NCBI GenBank assembly: GCA_965238175.1
Contig: CBDEGZ010000003.1
Coordinates: 64,001-128,000 of the forward strand
Source of the DNA: Gammaproteobacteria bacterium
Lineage (GTDB): Bacteria > Pseudomonadota > Gammaproteobacteria > CAJXQU01
Reading direction: 5' to 3'
DNA length: 64,000 bases
In this document: positions 43,946-54,152 of the stretch, one piece after another
How the letters are laid out: every line of letters starts with the position of its first letter
Position numbering within the stretch: the stretch's first letter is position 1
The notes under the pieces: model-generated
The model's database searches: none
What the model saw: only the letters and a program-made list of their open reading frames with translations
What the model was told of the DNA's origin: nothing
Position numbers and translations under genes: made by a program

Positions 43946-43997
43946 AAACTAATAGTTTGAAATGAGTTGTTTAGTAATTTTTATTTAATGATCGTTT

Positions 43998-45254
43998 TTA
44001 GCCGCCAAAGATCAATTTCAGAATATAAAAGAAGATCACAGACAAGAAACCACCTACGGGTAAAGTGACAATCCAGGAAAGAAAAATATTCCGTACCACG
44101 GCAAGATCCAGTGCACCAATACCCCTAGCAATCCCAACACCTAATACTGCGCCAACGAGAGTGTGAGTTGTTGAGATTGGGATACCTGTTGCAGAAGCAA
44201 TTACGACAGTTGTCGCTGCTGCAAGTTCGCAACAAAATCCCCTGCTTGGAGTCAATTCTGTAATATTTTTACCCACTGTTGCAATAACTTTTCTGCCAAG
44301 CATGGCAAGACCAAGAACAATCCCTGCCGCACCGAGTAATAAGACCCATACAGGCAAGTTTGATTTTTGGCCAATTTCACCACCGCTATTAACAATACTA
44401 ACAACAGCAGCAACTGGACCAATGGCATTTGCTACATCATTTGAACCATGGGCAAAAGCCATGGCGCAGGCAGTGAAGATCATTAAAACAGCAAAAACAC
44501 GTTCTACATTAGCAAAATGGGATTTTTGATTTGCCGCTGGATCAATTTTGATTTTACGAACAAAGTAAGTACCAATTGCCATCGTGATAATACCAAAACA
44601 AATAGCAGCAAATATAGCCTGGAAGGATGTTATTTCGAGGCCAACATGTTTCAAACCTTTCAGTAAAGTGACAAGTGCAATTATAAAACCAACAAAGAAG
44701 ATGTATCCTGGGACATAGCGTTTGGCATTCTCGAAAGGTGTATCTGTTCCTAATACTAACTTTTGAACGCTCATAAAAAATCCAAATGCAATAGCACCTG
44801 ATAGTACCGGAGATACGACCCAACTAGCTGCTATTTTTCCAACTTTGCTCCATTGAACAGCATCCACACCAATGCCAACAATGGCAAAACCAACAAGGGC
44901 GCCTACAATGGAGTGGGTCGTTGAAACTGGCCAACCTCGACGAGAAGCGATTAGTAGCCAGGTACCTGCGGCAAGTAATGAAGCTAACATGCCATAGACA
45001 AGTAGTTCGGGGGTGCTCGCTAATAAATCGGCATCAATGATACCTTTGCGAATTGTGCGTGTGACTTGTCCTCCGGCAAGGAATGCACCTGCAAATTCGA
45101 AAATCGCTGCAATAATAATCGCTTTTTTGATTGTAAGTGCACCTGAACCAACAGATGTCGCCATCGCATTTGCAACATCGTTTGCACCAATTCCCCAAGC
45201 CATGAAAAGTCCAAAGACCCCTGCCAGGATCAATAAGATCATTGCATATTCCAT
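43998..45254 (-). CDS. pit: Inorganic phosphate transporter (PiT family)
   Basis: GANDVANAM, PVSTTHS, HGSNDVAN, PISTTH. Confidence 0.95.
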   Translation of the reverse strand: MEYAMILLILAGVFGLFMAWGIGANDVANAMATSVGSGALTIKKAIIIAAIFEFAGAFLAGGQVTRTIRKGIIDADLLASTPELLVYGMLASLLAAGTWLLIASRRGWPVSTTHSIVGALVGFAIVGIGVDAVQWSKVGKIAASWVVSPVLSGAIAFGFFMSVQKLVLGTDTPFENAKRYVPGYIFFVGFIIALVTLLKGLKHVGLEITSFQAIFAAICFGIITMAIGTYFVRKIKIDPAANQKSHFANVERVFAVLMIFTACAMAFAHGSNDVANAIGPVAAVVSIVNSGGEIGQKSNLPVWVLLLGAAGIVLGLAMLGRKVIATVGKNITELTPSRGFCCELAAATTVVIASATGIPISTTHTLVGAVLGVGIARGIGALDLAVVRNIFLSWIVTLPVGGFLSVIFFYILKLIFGG

Positions 45255-45273
45255 TGTATTCTCCTTATCCTTA

Positions 45274-45951
45274 TTATTGTCCGAGCATTAGTTGAAGGCG
45301 GTTTCCAACACGTTCCGCCCCATCAGCAACGTCTCCTGTTAAATCGATTATTTTGTATAGGAAAATTACATCAATGGGATTAAGATTTTTTTCAATATCA
45401 TAGAGTTTTGCCCTAATTTTGATCTGCATGAGATCGGTTTCATGTTCAATATCATCAATTTCACTCAGCATATCTTCGACGACATTGATAACGCCTTGAA
45501 CAAATCCACTCCCAACTAATTGATCTAGCTCGTTGATTGCAGTACATGCTTGCGTGCAGCAATCAATATTCCGTTTTACAAATAAGAGAAAGTCATCAGC
45601 TATGAGTTCGGGAATTTGCATTTGGCGGCCAAGCATCAAACCTGCAATATCTTTGGCCTTACCCGCTATTTTGTCTTGAATTTGTAAGACGTTGAGTAAA
45701 TCTGATCGAGATACTGGCATAAACATACGATTTGGCATCTGCGCGCGCAATTCGTTTTTTAAATCATCAGCTTCTCGTTCTAATGTTGCAATGGTCTCAT
45801 ACTGCTCTTCTAAGACAATAAGATCTTTTGCAAGTACAGCTTCGATACAAGGAACGAGTTCTTTAACACATGCATGCACCTTCTCCATGTGCTGCTGAAG
45901 AGGTTTTACTGGGGAACCACCAAAGATCCCACTGAGATAACTACTAGCCAC
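45274..45951 (-). CDS. DUF47/TIGR00153 phosphate transport regulator
   Basis: SPVKPLQQHM, MPVSRSDL; directly upstream of pit. Confidence 0.9.
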   Translation of the reverse strand: MASSYLSGIFGGSPVKPLQQHMEKVHACVKELVPCIEAVLAKDLIVLEEQYETIATLEREADDLKNELRAQMPNRMFMPVSRSDLLNVLQIQDKIAGKAKDIAGLMLGRQMQIPELIADDFLLFVKRNIDCCTQACTAINELDQLVGSGFVQGVINVVEDMLSEIDDIEHETDLMQIKIRAKLYDIEKNLNPIDVIFLYKIIDLTGDVADGAERVGNRLQLMLGQ

Positions 45952-45985
45952 AATTCACTCCATATTGAGTCCAACATAGGGAATT

Positions 45986-46014
45986 ATGACAGAAATATGA
46001 TGATTACATTACAA
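45986..46014 (-). promoter_or_regulatory. Pho box upstream of DUF47-pit
   Basis: TTGTAAT-gtaa-TCATCAT-attt-CTGTCAT, 11-bp period. Confidence 0.7.
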
Positions 46015-46020
46015 CTTTAA

Positions 46021-46737
46021 CTATTCGTGAGAGATCTCTTTTCGCATATCTTCAATACTCGTGTGACGAACATCTTTTCCTTCAACAAGATAGATTACAT
46101 TTTCACAAATATTGTGTGCATGATCACCGATGCGTTCCAAAGCTCTGACTGCCCAAACTGCATCAAGTACGTGTGTGATACTACGAGGATCTTCCATCAT
46201 GTAGGTGATCAGCTGTCGTAATATGGCGCCGTACTCTTCATCTATTTTTTTATCTTGCGCTGCCACTTCAACGGCTTTGTGTGAATCCATTCGGGCAAAA
46301 ACATCAAGTGAATCATGCAACATTTTTTGCACGTTCTTGCCCATCGAAAGTATACTGACATAATAAGATTTTGGGCTTTCCTGTTCATTCATATGGATAA
46401 CCATCTTACCGATTTTCTCTATCTCGTCGCCGATGCGTTCAAGATCAGAAATAGTCTTGATAACCGCGAGAACCAGTCGGAGATCACCCGCTGCTGGCTG
46501 ACGTCTTGCCAGTACTTGCGTACATTCTTCATCGATGTCGACCTCCATTGAATTAACCAGATAATCACTGGCGGAGACACCTTCGGCCAGTTCAATATCA
46601 CGACGATCTAGTGCATCAAGTGATTTGGTTAATTGATCTTCAACAAGCCCTCCCATACTCATGACACGGGCTCTTAAATCTTCAAGTTCTTGATCAAATT
46701 GTTTTGAAATATGTTGAGGTAGTGATCGAGTTGCCAT
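46021..46737 (-). CDS. phoU: Phosphate signalling protein PhoU (copy 1)
   Basis: HISKQFDQELE, RQPAAGDLR, DLERIGD twice. Confidence 0.96.
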   Translation of the reverse strand: MATRSLPQHISKQFDQELEDLRARVMSMGGLVEDQLTKSLDALDRRDIELAEGVSASDYLVNSMEVDIDEECTQVLARRQPAAGDLRLVLAVIKTISDLERIGDEIEKIGKMVIHMNEQESPKSYYVSILSMGKNVQKMLHDSLDVFARMDSHKAVEVAAQDKKIDEEYGAILRQLITYMMEDPRSITHVLDAVWAVRALERIGDHAHNICENVIYLVEGKDVRHTSIEDMRKEISHE

Positions 46738-46750
46738 ATATGAATTCCCC

Positions 46751-47590
46751 TTAACCGTAACGACCGGTTATGTAATCTTCGGTTTGTTTCTTTTGTGGGT
46801 TTGTGAAAACACCGCTGGTATCACCAAATTCAACCACATCACCAAGATACATAAAAGCCGTGTAGTCAGAAACACGCGCAGCCTGCTGCATGTTATGCGT
46901 GACAATAACAATGGTGTATTCATCTTTTAATTGATAGATCAGTTCTTCAATTTTTAAAGTCGATATAGGATCGAGTGCAGATGCAGGTTCATCAAGTAGA
47001 AGAACTTCAGGCTCTATGGCAATCGCTCTTGCGATAACCAGCCGTTGTTGCTGACCACCAGACAGACCAAGTGCATTATCATCTAATCGGTCTTTAACCT
47101 CCTCCCAGAGTGCGGCAGATTTTAATGATCGTTCAACGACTTGATCGAGGGTACGACGACTTTTCACACCTTGTAATCTTAAGCCATAGGCAACATTTTC
47201 ATAAATTGATTTTGGAAAAGGATTTGGTTTCTGAAACACCATGCCCACTCGACGACGAAGTTCAGCAACATTAACTCCCTTGTCATATATGTTGTCATCG
47301 TGCAGCAATATTTTTCCTTCTATTCTGGCAATGTCGATCAAATCATTCATTCGATTGAAACAGCGCAGTAATGTCGATTTTCCGCAACCACTTGGCCCGA
47401 TAAAAGCCGTTACTTTCTTTTCCGGGATCACCATGTCTATATCTTTCAGTGCAAGTTTATCGCCATAATACAAATTAAGCTTTTCTACACGCAGACATTC
47501 TTTTTCTTCATCCATAGACATGGTTTCATTTTTTGATCTCAGTGATGAAACGTCGACAGTATGGGTTAGTGGTTCATTTTGATTTTGCAT
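46751..47590 (-). CDS. pstB: Phosphate ABC transporter ATPase (system 1)
   Basis: [30 protein letters not shown]. Confidence 0.97.
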   Translation of the reverse strand: MQNQNEPLTHTVDVSSLRSKNETMSMDEEKECLRVEKLNLYYGDKLALKDIDMVIPEKKVTAFIGPSGCGKSTLLRCFNRMNDLIDIARIEGKILLHDDNIYDKGVNVAELRRRVGMVFQKPNPFPKSIYENVAYGLRLQGVKSRRTLDQVVERSLKSAALWEEVKDRLDDNALGLSGGQQQRLVIARAIAIEPEVLLLDEPASALDPISTLKIEELIYQLKDEYTIVIVTHNMQQAARVSDYTAFMYLGDVVEFGDTSGVFTNPQKKQTEDYITGRYG

Positions 47591-47611
47591 AATTTTGATT
47601 TTACGTATTTC

Positions 47612-49288
47612 TTATTGCGCCGAAGAAATATACTTTTCTCTTAAGTGATTACGGATTTTAATCGCTGCGAAATTTAACGTGATAATTAGAACAACAAGTG
47701 CCAACGCTGTTGCATAAACTAGTGGTCTGGCAGCTTCAACATTAGGGCTTTGGAAACCTACATCGTAGATATGAAAACCCAAATGCATAAATTTACGATC
47801 AAGGTGTAAGAAAGGATAATTTGCATCTAATGCTAATGAAGGTGCTAGCTTTACAACCCCTACCATCATCAGTGGAGCAACTTCCCCTGCCGCACGCGCA
47901 ACTGCCAGGATCAAGCCAGTCATCATGGCGGGTGTTGCCATCGGTAAGACTGTTCGCCATAAAGTTTCAGCTTTAGTCGCACCAAGTGCAAGGCTACCTT
48001 CTCGAATTGCTCTTGGGATCCGTGATAAACCCTCTTCAGTCGCTACGATCACAACCGGCACTGTGAGTATTGCTAAGGTTAAAGACGACCACATTAAACC
48101 AGGTGTACCAAAGGTTGGTGAAGGAAGCGCTTCAGGGAAAAATAATTGATCAATATTCCCCCCTAGAAAGTAAACAAAAAAACCCAATCCAAATACACCA
48201 TAAACAACAGAGGGTACACCAGCAAGATTATTAACAGCAATACGAATAACGCGTGTGAGTGGGCCTTTGCTTGCATATTCATGTAAATAAATTGCAGCAA
48301 CAACGCCAAAAGGTGTGACAAGCACAGCCATAATCATAACCATTAATACGGTACCGAAAATTGCAGGGAAAATTCCACCCTCCGTATTAGCTTCTCTTGG
48401 ATCGTCAAAAATAAACTCACCCATTTTAGTAAAATAGAATTTTACTTTTTCCAACGTACCCATCTTGTTAGGTTTATAAATGCGCCGAACTTTTGAAATC
48501 GGTATTTCGACTTTTTTTCCATCGCTGGTTGACACTTGAATCGTGTCGCGATTAATTTCTTTGTAAAGATCTACAAGTTGATCTTGAAAGACTTTGTATT
48601 CTTTATCTAACTCAGTTCGTTTTTGATCGAGTAATTCATAAAGTCTTTTATCTTTTATTTCATCAAGTTCTAGACGGCGTTTGTCTAGACGTAATTGTTC
48701 AACTTTATGGTTGATACTGCCAATGAGATCTTTCTCAATGTGTTTGATCTGCTCAGAAATTTTTTGCTTATATTTGATGCTGGCTTGGACAGTTTCCCAA
48801 ATTGATTCCGGTTTTGAATTTGCATCAATAGAAGAACTATCAGAAAAGGAATTGAGGTATCCATAAAAATTCCCCCATTCTTCACGCTCAATAACAATGA
48901 CTTCAGAAGGGATGTTTTTTTTAGTTATTCCAGGATCAAGTATCCACTGAAAATCTAGACTACCCAGATCTCTATTACCACTTTTGATCAAATAGCGGTC
49001 AACCAGATCTGTGCCCTCGGGAATTTCCAAACCTTGATCACGCAACCGAACTGCTTGAACTGTTTCATGCTCAACAACTTCACCAACAATATTAATACTC
49101 TCGTTTCTATTTTGGTACTCAAACGAAACAATTTCACCCGGCCAAAACTGACCCAAACCTCTCGCTGCGATGAGTAACAAAAGGCCAGCAACCATGACCA
49201 GTGAAATACTCACTGCTCCTGCCGTTAGCCAAATCCAGGGCGTGCCACCTTTTATCCAATCAGTTAGTGATGAGAATGATAATTTCAT
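47612..49288 (-). CDS. pstA: Phosphate ABC permease PstA, long form (system 1)
   Basis: DPREANTEGGIFPAIFGT, NNLAGVPS, ARAAGEVAP. Confidence 0.95.
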   Translation of the reverse strand: MKLSFSSLTDWIKGGTPWIWLTAGAVSISLVMVAGLLLLIAARGLGQFWPGEIVSFEYQNRNESINIVGEVVEHETVQAVRLRDQGLEIPEGTDLVDRYLIKSGNRDLGSLDFQWILDPGITKKNIPSEVIVIEREEWGNFYGYLNSFSDSSSIDANSKPESIWETVQASIKYKQKISEQIKHIEKDLIGSINHKVEQLRLDKRRLELDEIKDKRLYELLDQKRTELDKEYKVFQDQLVDLYKEINRDTIQVSTSDGKKVEIPISKVRRIYKPNKMGTLEKVKFYFTKMGEFIFDDPREANTEGGIFPAIFGTVLMVMIMAVLVTPFGVVAAIYLHEYASKGPLTRVIRIAVNNLAGVPSVVYGVFGLGFFVYFLGGNIDQLFFPEALPSPTFGTPGLMWSSLTLAILTVPVVIVATEEGLSRIPRAIREGSLALGATKAETLWRTVLPMATPAMMTGLILAVARAAGEVAPLMMVGVVKLAPSLALDANYPFLHLDRKFMHLGFHIYDVGFQSPNVEAARPLVYATALALVVLIITLNFAAIKIRNHLREKYISSAQ

Positions 49289-49291
49289 ATC

Positions 49292-51574
49292 TTAAAGGCT
49301 ACTGTATTTTTCTCTTAATCGCTGACGAACAAGTTCAGCGATAGTGTTAAACATAAATGTTGCCATAAACAAGACTAATGCTGCCAGGAACAAGATTCGA
49401 TAGTGTGTACTGTCAACTTCCGACTCAGGCATTTCCACGGCAATATTTGCAGATAATGCTCGAAAACCTTGAAAGATATTGACGTCCATAATGGGCGTAT
49501 TACCTGTGGCCATTAAGACGATCATTGTCTCGCCAACTGCACGACCAAAACCGATCATTAATGCAGAGAAAATGCCCGGGCTGGCGGTTAACAAAACCAC
49601 ACGAATTAAGGTCTGCCAGCGCGTAGCACCTAGTGCTAATGAACCAACAGTAAGATGTTTCGGCACACTGAAAATCGCATCTTCACTGATAGAAAAAATA
49701 GTTGGAATTACTGCAAACCCCATAGCAATACCAACAACTAAGGAATTCCGTTGATCAAAATCTAGCCCGAGCGTATTAGCAACCCAGGCAGGCATGTCAT
49801 TATTGAAAAAGGTTGCTTCAATTGGGTGACTTAGGCTCATGGCAATTAAGCTGGAAATAATGACAACGGGTATCAATAAAGCAGCTTCCCAGCCATCGGA
49901 TATATTGTGGCGTATACGTGTTGGTAATTTTGTCCAGAAAAATGCAGCTAATAACACCGATGACGGGACTAATATGAAGATCAAAAACACACCGGGAAGA
50001 TTCTTTTCTACCAGTGGTGCTAACCATAAACCAGCAAGGAAGCCTAAAATGACAGTGGGTAATGCCTCCATGATCTCAATGCTAGGTTTGACCACATTAC
50101 GCATTTTTGGCGTCATAAAATAAGCGGTAAAGATCGCGCCAAAAATTGCTAAAGGAACCGCAAATAACATTGCATAAAAAGCAGCTTTTAAGGTACCGAA
50201 GGTAAGTGGAGTTAAGCTAAATTTCGGTTCAAAGTCATTACTTGCAGAAGAAGACTGCCAGATATATTCGGGCTGTTGTCTACTTTCATACCAAACTTTG
50301 CCCCAAAGTGAATTCCAGGATACCTCAGGATGTTCATTGTCGATATGCATGAAATGCATATCACCTGTAGTTGTCGTTGCCAGCAAAGCATTCGCTCTGG
50401 GAGAAACTGTCAGCAGGCGAATGTTTTGATCAAAAATTGATTTCACCAACAGTTTTCGATGAGCTGTTGTATGGAAAAGCCCGATGTTTCCACCCTCATC
50501 TGCCACAGCAAAACCTTTGCGAGAATGTTCTGGTGCAATTATTGAAATTGGTTTGTTACTTAATTTGAAGTCACGAACTTTTTTTATTTTGTACTTGTTA
50601 TTGTTATCTCTGACCGGAAACCATTGGCTTATTTTACCGTTAGAATCTCCGATTAAGATTGAAATTCCACCGGCCAGAAACTCAATTGCAGTTACTTTTT
50701 CATTTTCACTTACGACACCAATACGATCTATTAAGACTGGTTTATCTATATCTGATATTGAGAAGTAGATTAGATCGTTTTTGTCGGTAATGATGTATAG
50801 CTCATCTTGATCAACATCTAGTCTAAGCCACGTTATGTTTTCCCCCGGCAAATCAATCTCAGTTTGTTCTTTTTCGACCTCAACATCATTACCCAACATA
50901 GATTCTTCGGTGGTAAAACGCGTAAGTAATAGCCGATTATCTGCTGTGACTGCTACCACCGTGGTTTGGTCTTCACTATTTTGTGCAGATAATTTGACGA
51001 TAGATCGACCTTTCTCATCTAGCTCGACAGGATCTTCACCTAACGGAAATTCCAATTCTGGGGATATCTTACGCACATCGTTCGGAAAACTGATCTGGTA
51101 GACGTGTTTTGCGAGCAGCATAGAACCATTTTCTAGTCCTAACGCGATGATAGCTTGTGAAGGATCACCTTTGCTGACGGAGGTAATTTTTTGGGTTGCT
51201 TCTTGCAACGCAAGAAGGTTTTTTTGATTAAGAACAGTACCTTCTTTTAATGTAAAAAATGTAGCTTTACCCTGTAGATCAACACTCAAACCAATTTCAG
51301 CGTATTCCTCCGTCGTAATCAGTTCTGGCACATTGCCGAGAATTTCTGATGTATTGAGTTGGGATTTGGTTTCTATTTCTGCGCCTTTAAATAGAGGGAC
51401 GACAACATAGAACAAATAAAAGAAGATCAAGAGTATTGCGATAATAACGCTGATACCACCAAAGCCCATGGCCTGCCTAAACAAACGGTCTTTGAGATCT
51501 CGCCAACGTTGGCGTCGCAGGGTCGCAGGGTCATTACGTTTAGGCAAAATATGATCGGTGGAAGTATCAGTCAT
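49292..51574 (-). CDS. pstC: Phosphate ABC permease PstC, long form with large periplasmic domain (system 1)
   Basis: WQSSSASNDFEPKFSL, KPSIEIMEALP, GRAVGETMIV. Confidence 0.93.
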   Translation of the reverse strand: MTDTSTDHILPKRNDPATLRRQRWRDLKDRLFRQAMGFGGISVIIAILLIFFYLFYVVVPLFKGAEIETKSQLNTSEILGNVPELITTEEYAEIGLSVDLQGKATFFTLKEGTVLNQKNLLALQEATQKITSVSKGDPSQAIIALGLENGSMLLAKHVYQISFPNDVRKISPELEFPLGEDPVELDEKGRSIVKLSAQNSEDQTTVVAVTADNRLLLTRFTTEESMLGNDVEVEKEQTEIDLPGENITWLRLDVDQDELYIITDKNDLIYFSISDIDKPVLIDRIGVVSENEKVTAIEFLAGGISILIGDSNGKISQWFPVRDNNNKYKIKKVRDFKLSNKPISIIAPEHSRKGFAVADEGGNIGLFHTTAHRKLLVKSIFDQNIRLLTVSPRANALLATTTTGDMHFMHIDNEHPEVSWNSLWGKVWYESRQQPEYIWQSSSASNDFEPKFSLTPLTFGTLKAAFYAMLFAVPLAIFGAIFTAYFMTPKMRNVVKPSIEIMEALPTVILGFLAGLWLAPLVEKNLPGVFLIFILVPSSVLLAAFFWTKLPTRIRHNISDGWEAALLIPVVIISSLIAMSLSHPIEATFFNNDMPAWVANTLGLDFDQRNSLVVGIAMGFAVIPTIFSISEDAIFSVPKHLTVGSLALGATRWQTLIRVVLLTASPGIFSALMIGFGRAVGETMIVLMATGNTPIMDVNIFQGFRALSANIAVEMPESEVDSTHYRILFLAALVLFMATFMFNTIAELVRQRLREKYSSL

Positions 51575-51609
51575 AATATTTACTGGATGTTACACGAACT
51601 CTCACTTTT

Positions 51610-51634
51610 AAAAAAAGCCCCGCAAAAGCGGGGC
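51610..51634 (-). terminator. Hairpin/terminator between pstS and pstC
   Basis: GCCCCGC-AAAA-GCGGGGC with adjacent A-run. Confidence 0.8.
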
Positions 51635-51669
51635 AGATACTAAATTACACTAATTAACTAGAACTGCTT

Positions 51670-52644
51670 TTACTGACTTAATTCAAACAACGCTTCTTCT
51701 GCCACGACTGCAGGTAGAGGAATATATCCATCTTTGACAACCACTTCCTGACCTACTTTTGACAATATCATTTTAACAAATTCAAGCTCCAATGGTGAAA
51801 GTGATTTATTAGGATGTTTGTTTACGTAAACATATAAAAAACGACCTAAAGGATACTTACCCGTTACGGCATTTTCTGGCGTAGCATCGATAAATTCCCC
51901 ATCTGGTTTTTTAGTCAAAGGAACTGCACGCACACCCGAAGTTTTATAACCAATACCAGAATAACCGATACCGTTGACCGATTTAGTAATGCCTTGTACG
52001 ACAGAAGCAGAACCTGGTTGCTCATTCACAGAATCTTTATAGTCACCTTTGCAGAGTGCTTTCTTTTTGAAGTAACCATAAGTACCAGAAACGGAATTTC
52101 GTCCATATAGTTGGATAGGACGGTTAGCCCATTCACCCGTTAAACCTACGTCACCCCAGTTTGTAATGTCTGCATCGTGTTTACATTTTCGAGTTGCAGA
52201 AAAGATCGCATCCACTTGTGGAATAGATAAGCCTTTTACAGGGTTATCTTTGTTAACATAGACTGCAAGAGCATCGATTGCGACTGGAACAGCGGTAGCT
52301 TTATAGCCATGTTTTGCTTCAAAAGCCGCTGCTTCTTTGTCTTTCATTTTACGACTCATAGGGCCGAAATTTGAAGTACCTTCTGTTAGTGCAGGTGGTG
52401 CTGTTGAAGAACCAGCCGCTTGAATTTGGATATTAACGTTAGGGTATAAACGTTTAAATTCTTCACCCCAGAGCGTCATTAAGTTTGCTAGCGTATCAGA
52501 ACCGACACTAGAAACATTGCCCGATACACCACTCGCTTTTTGGTAATCCGGAAGTCCCGAATCCGCTTCAGCATAAGATCCCACCGGGATCATGAACGCA
52601 GCGGCAATTGCACTTGCTCTAAAGAAATTTTTATTGAAAAACAT
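51670..52644 (-). CDS. pstS: Phosphate-binding protein PstS (system 1)
   Basis: [29 protein letters not shown]. Confidence 0.95.
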   Translation of the reverse strand: MFFNKNFFRASAIAAAFMIPVGSYAEADSGLPDYQKASGVSGNVSSVGSDTLANLMTLWGEEFKRLYPNVNIQIQAAGSSTAPPALTEGTSNFGPMSRKMKDKEAAAFEAKHGYKATAVPVAIDALAVYVNKDNPVKGLSIPQVDAIFSATRKCKHDADITNWGDVGLTGEWANRPIQLYGRNSVSGTYGYFKKKALCKGDYKDSVNEQPGSASVVQGITKSVNGIGYSGIGYKTSGVRAVPLTKKPDGEFIDATPENAVTGKYPLGRFLYVYVNKHPNKSLSPLELEFVKMILSKVGQEVVVKDGYIPLPAVVAEEALFELSQ

Positions 52645-52701
52645 TTTATTACCTTCCTCAGGATGACTGTTAATGAATCACCGACAGTATGATCAGGACA
52701 G

Positions 52702-52741
52702 GTAACAAGTTTGTTACAGAAATATTACAGCTTGATGACAA
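52702..52741 (-). promoter_or_regulatory. Four-unit Pho box upstream of pstS1
   Basis: TTGTCAT-caag-CTGTAAT-attt-CTGTAAC-aaac-TTGTTAC. Confidence 0.88.
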
Positions 52742-52882
52742 GCTGTGTTTTTATAATTAAAGGAAATTATTTAGGCCTATAGAACAGTTAGTTAACCTGA
52801 TGTGATGGTCTCCTCCCCCTAACGGCATCTAGGTGCCATGATTGAACTGACATACACACAATCAAAAGAGGAGAAGACCAAA

Positions 52883-53896
52883 ATGAAGACTACAACAATC
52901 GGGTTAGACATAGCAAAAAACGTATTTCATGCTGTCTGCTGTAATCAACAAGGGCGTATAATCAAAAAGAAAATGTTAAAGCGAGCGCAGGTACTCTCCT
53001 TTTTTCAATCTCAACCTCCTTGTTTAGTCGCAATAGAATCTTGTGCAACGTCACAGTATTGGGCCCGAGCGATACAACAACAGGGACATCAGGTGAAATT
53101 ACTACCACCTCAGCATGTTAACGCATTTCTAATCGGCAATAAGAATGATTATAACGATGCCTTGGCCATCGCCGTTGCTGCGAAACAACCTCATTTAAAA
53201 AGTGTGGGCATTAAATCAGTTGAGCAACAAGACAACCAGGCACAACATAAAGCAAGAGACTTAGCGGTCAGACAAAGAACCGCATTATGTAACCAAATGA
53301 GAGCGCTTGTTGCAGAATATGGCATTAGCCTTCGTCCCGGCCTAAATACCCTACGTCAATCTATCCCGTTGCTATTAAGTGATGAGAACGAACGGTTGTC
53401 CGTTACTTTCAAAAGGATACTGCGCCAGCTAAAGGAACAATGGCAATCACTTGATGCCTGTATTGCGACATTTGACCAATTGATCATTCAATCGGCAAAA
53501 AACAATGCGATTTGCCAACGCTTACAAACTATTCCAGGGTTTGGGCCGATGGTCTCGAGCGCGTATTTTAATGAAGTGGGAAACGGCGCTCATTATCACA
53601 AAGGGCGCGATGTGTCCGCCTCATTAGGACTTGTTCCACGACAGTACAGTAGTGGTGGTAAAGAGGTGCTACTGGGGATCAGTAAACGCGGCAATAAATA
53701 CCTTCGTTGTTTGTTAATTCTAGGCGCGAAGGCCGTGGTATCAAGAGCCAAAACGAAAGGCGATAAACTGAGTCAATGGATTAATCGTTTAGTTGAGACG
53801 CGGGGGCATAATCGAGCGTGTGTGGCGTATGCCAACAAAATGGCAAGAATGGCCTGGGCTATAACGGTTTCTGGTGATGACTACTCACCGGCCTAA
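52883..53896 (+). CDS. IS110-family DEDD transposase/recombinase
   Basis: IGLDIAK, E(SC), KNDYNDA, IPGFG, GLVPRQYSSGG, GNKYLR. Confidence 0.96.
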   Translation: MKTTTIGLDIAKNVFHAVCCNQQGRIIKKKMLKRAQVLSFFQSQPPCLVAIESCATSQYWARAIQQQGHQVKLLPPQHVNAFLIGNKNDYNDALAIAVAAKQPHLKSVGIKSVEQQDNQAQHKARDLAVRQRTALCNQMRALVAEYGISLRPGLNTLRQSIPLLLSDENERLSVTFKRILRQLKEQWQSLDACIATFDQLIIQSAKNNAICQRLQTIPGFGPMVSSAYFNEVGNGAHYHKGRDVSASLGLVPRQYSSGGKEVLLGISKRGNKYLRCLLILGAKAVVSRAKTKGDKLSQWINRLVETRGHNRACVAYANKMARMAWAITVSGDDYSPA

Positions 53897-54126
53897 ATAG
53901 AGAGAACAAATCATTTCAACGAATTGCGAAGGTAAAACTAAAGATGGCATAACAGGTCAAACCAGCCTATTGAAAACCTGTCGAGCTCAGGGGTAACTAA
54001 TACCGATAACCTGATAAGGAAAATAGGCGCGTAATACATCCAGGTCAGAAGTTGAAAACTTCATTGAAGGCCGTATATATGACAGCAATCCTGTCCCTGT
54101 TATCTGAATGTTTTATCTTGCAATAC
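53897..54126 (+). ncRNA. Putative bridge/seekRNA of IS copy 1
   Basis: Stem GCCTATT/AATAGGC encloses CGAGCTCAG and TAACCTGA target matches; second loop has ACATC and ATATATGA donor matches; RNA ends not determined. Confidence 0.78.
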
Positions 54127-54152
54127 GGGAGGAGACCATATATGAGATCGGT

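Larger units (their letters stand above)
52801..54145 (+). mobile_element. IS110-family, IS1111-type element copy 1 (1345 bp)
   Basis: Sub-terminal IRs ATGGTCTCCTCCC (52805-52817) / GGGAGGAGACCAT (54127-54139), TGA core at both junctions, long 3' non-coding region; ends defined by comparison with copy 2. Confidence 0.93.

Noticed and set aside
52838-52882. N-terminal extension of the IS110 transposase in the ORF track
   Set aside because: A GAGGAG RBS precedes ATG 52883 and family similarity starts at MKTTTIGLD
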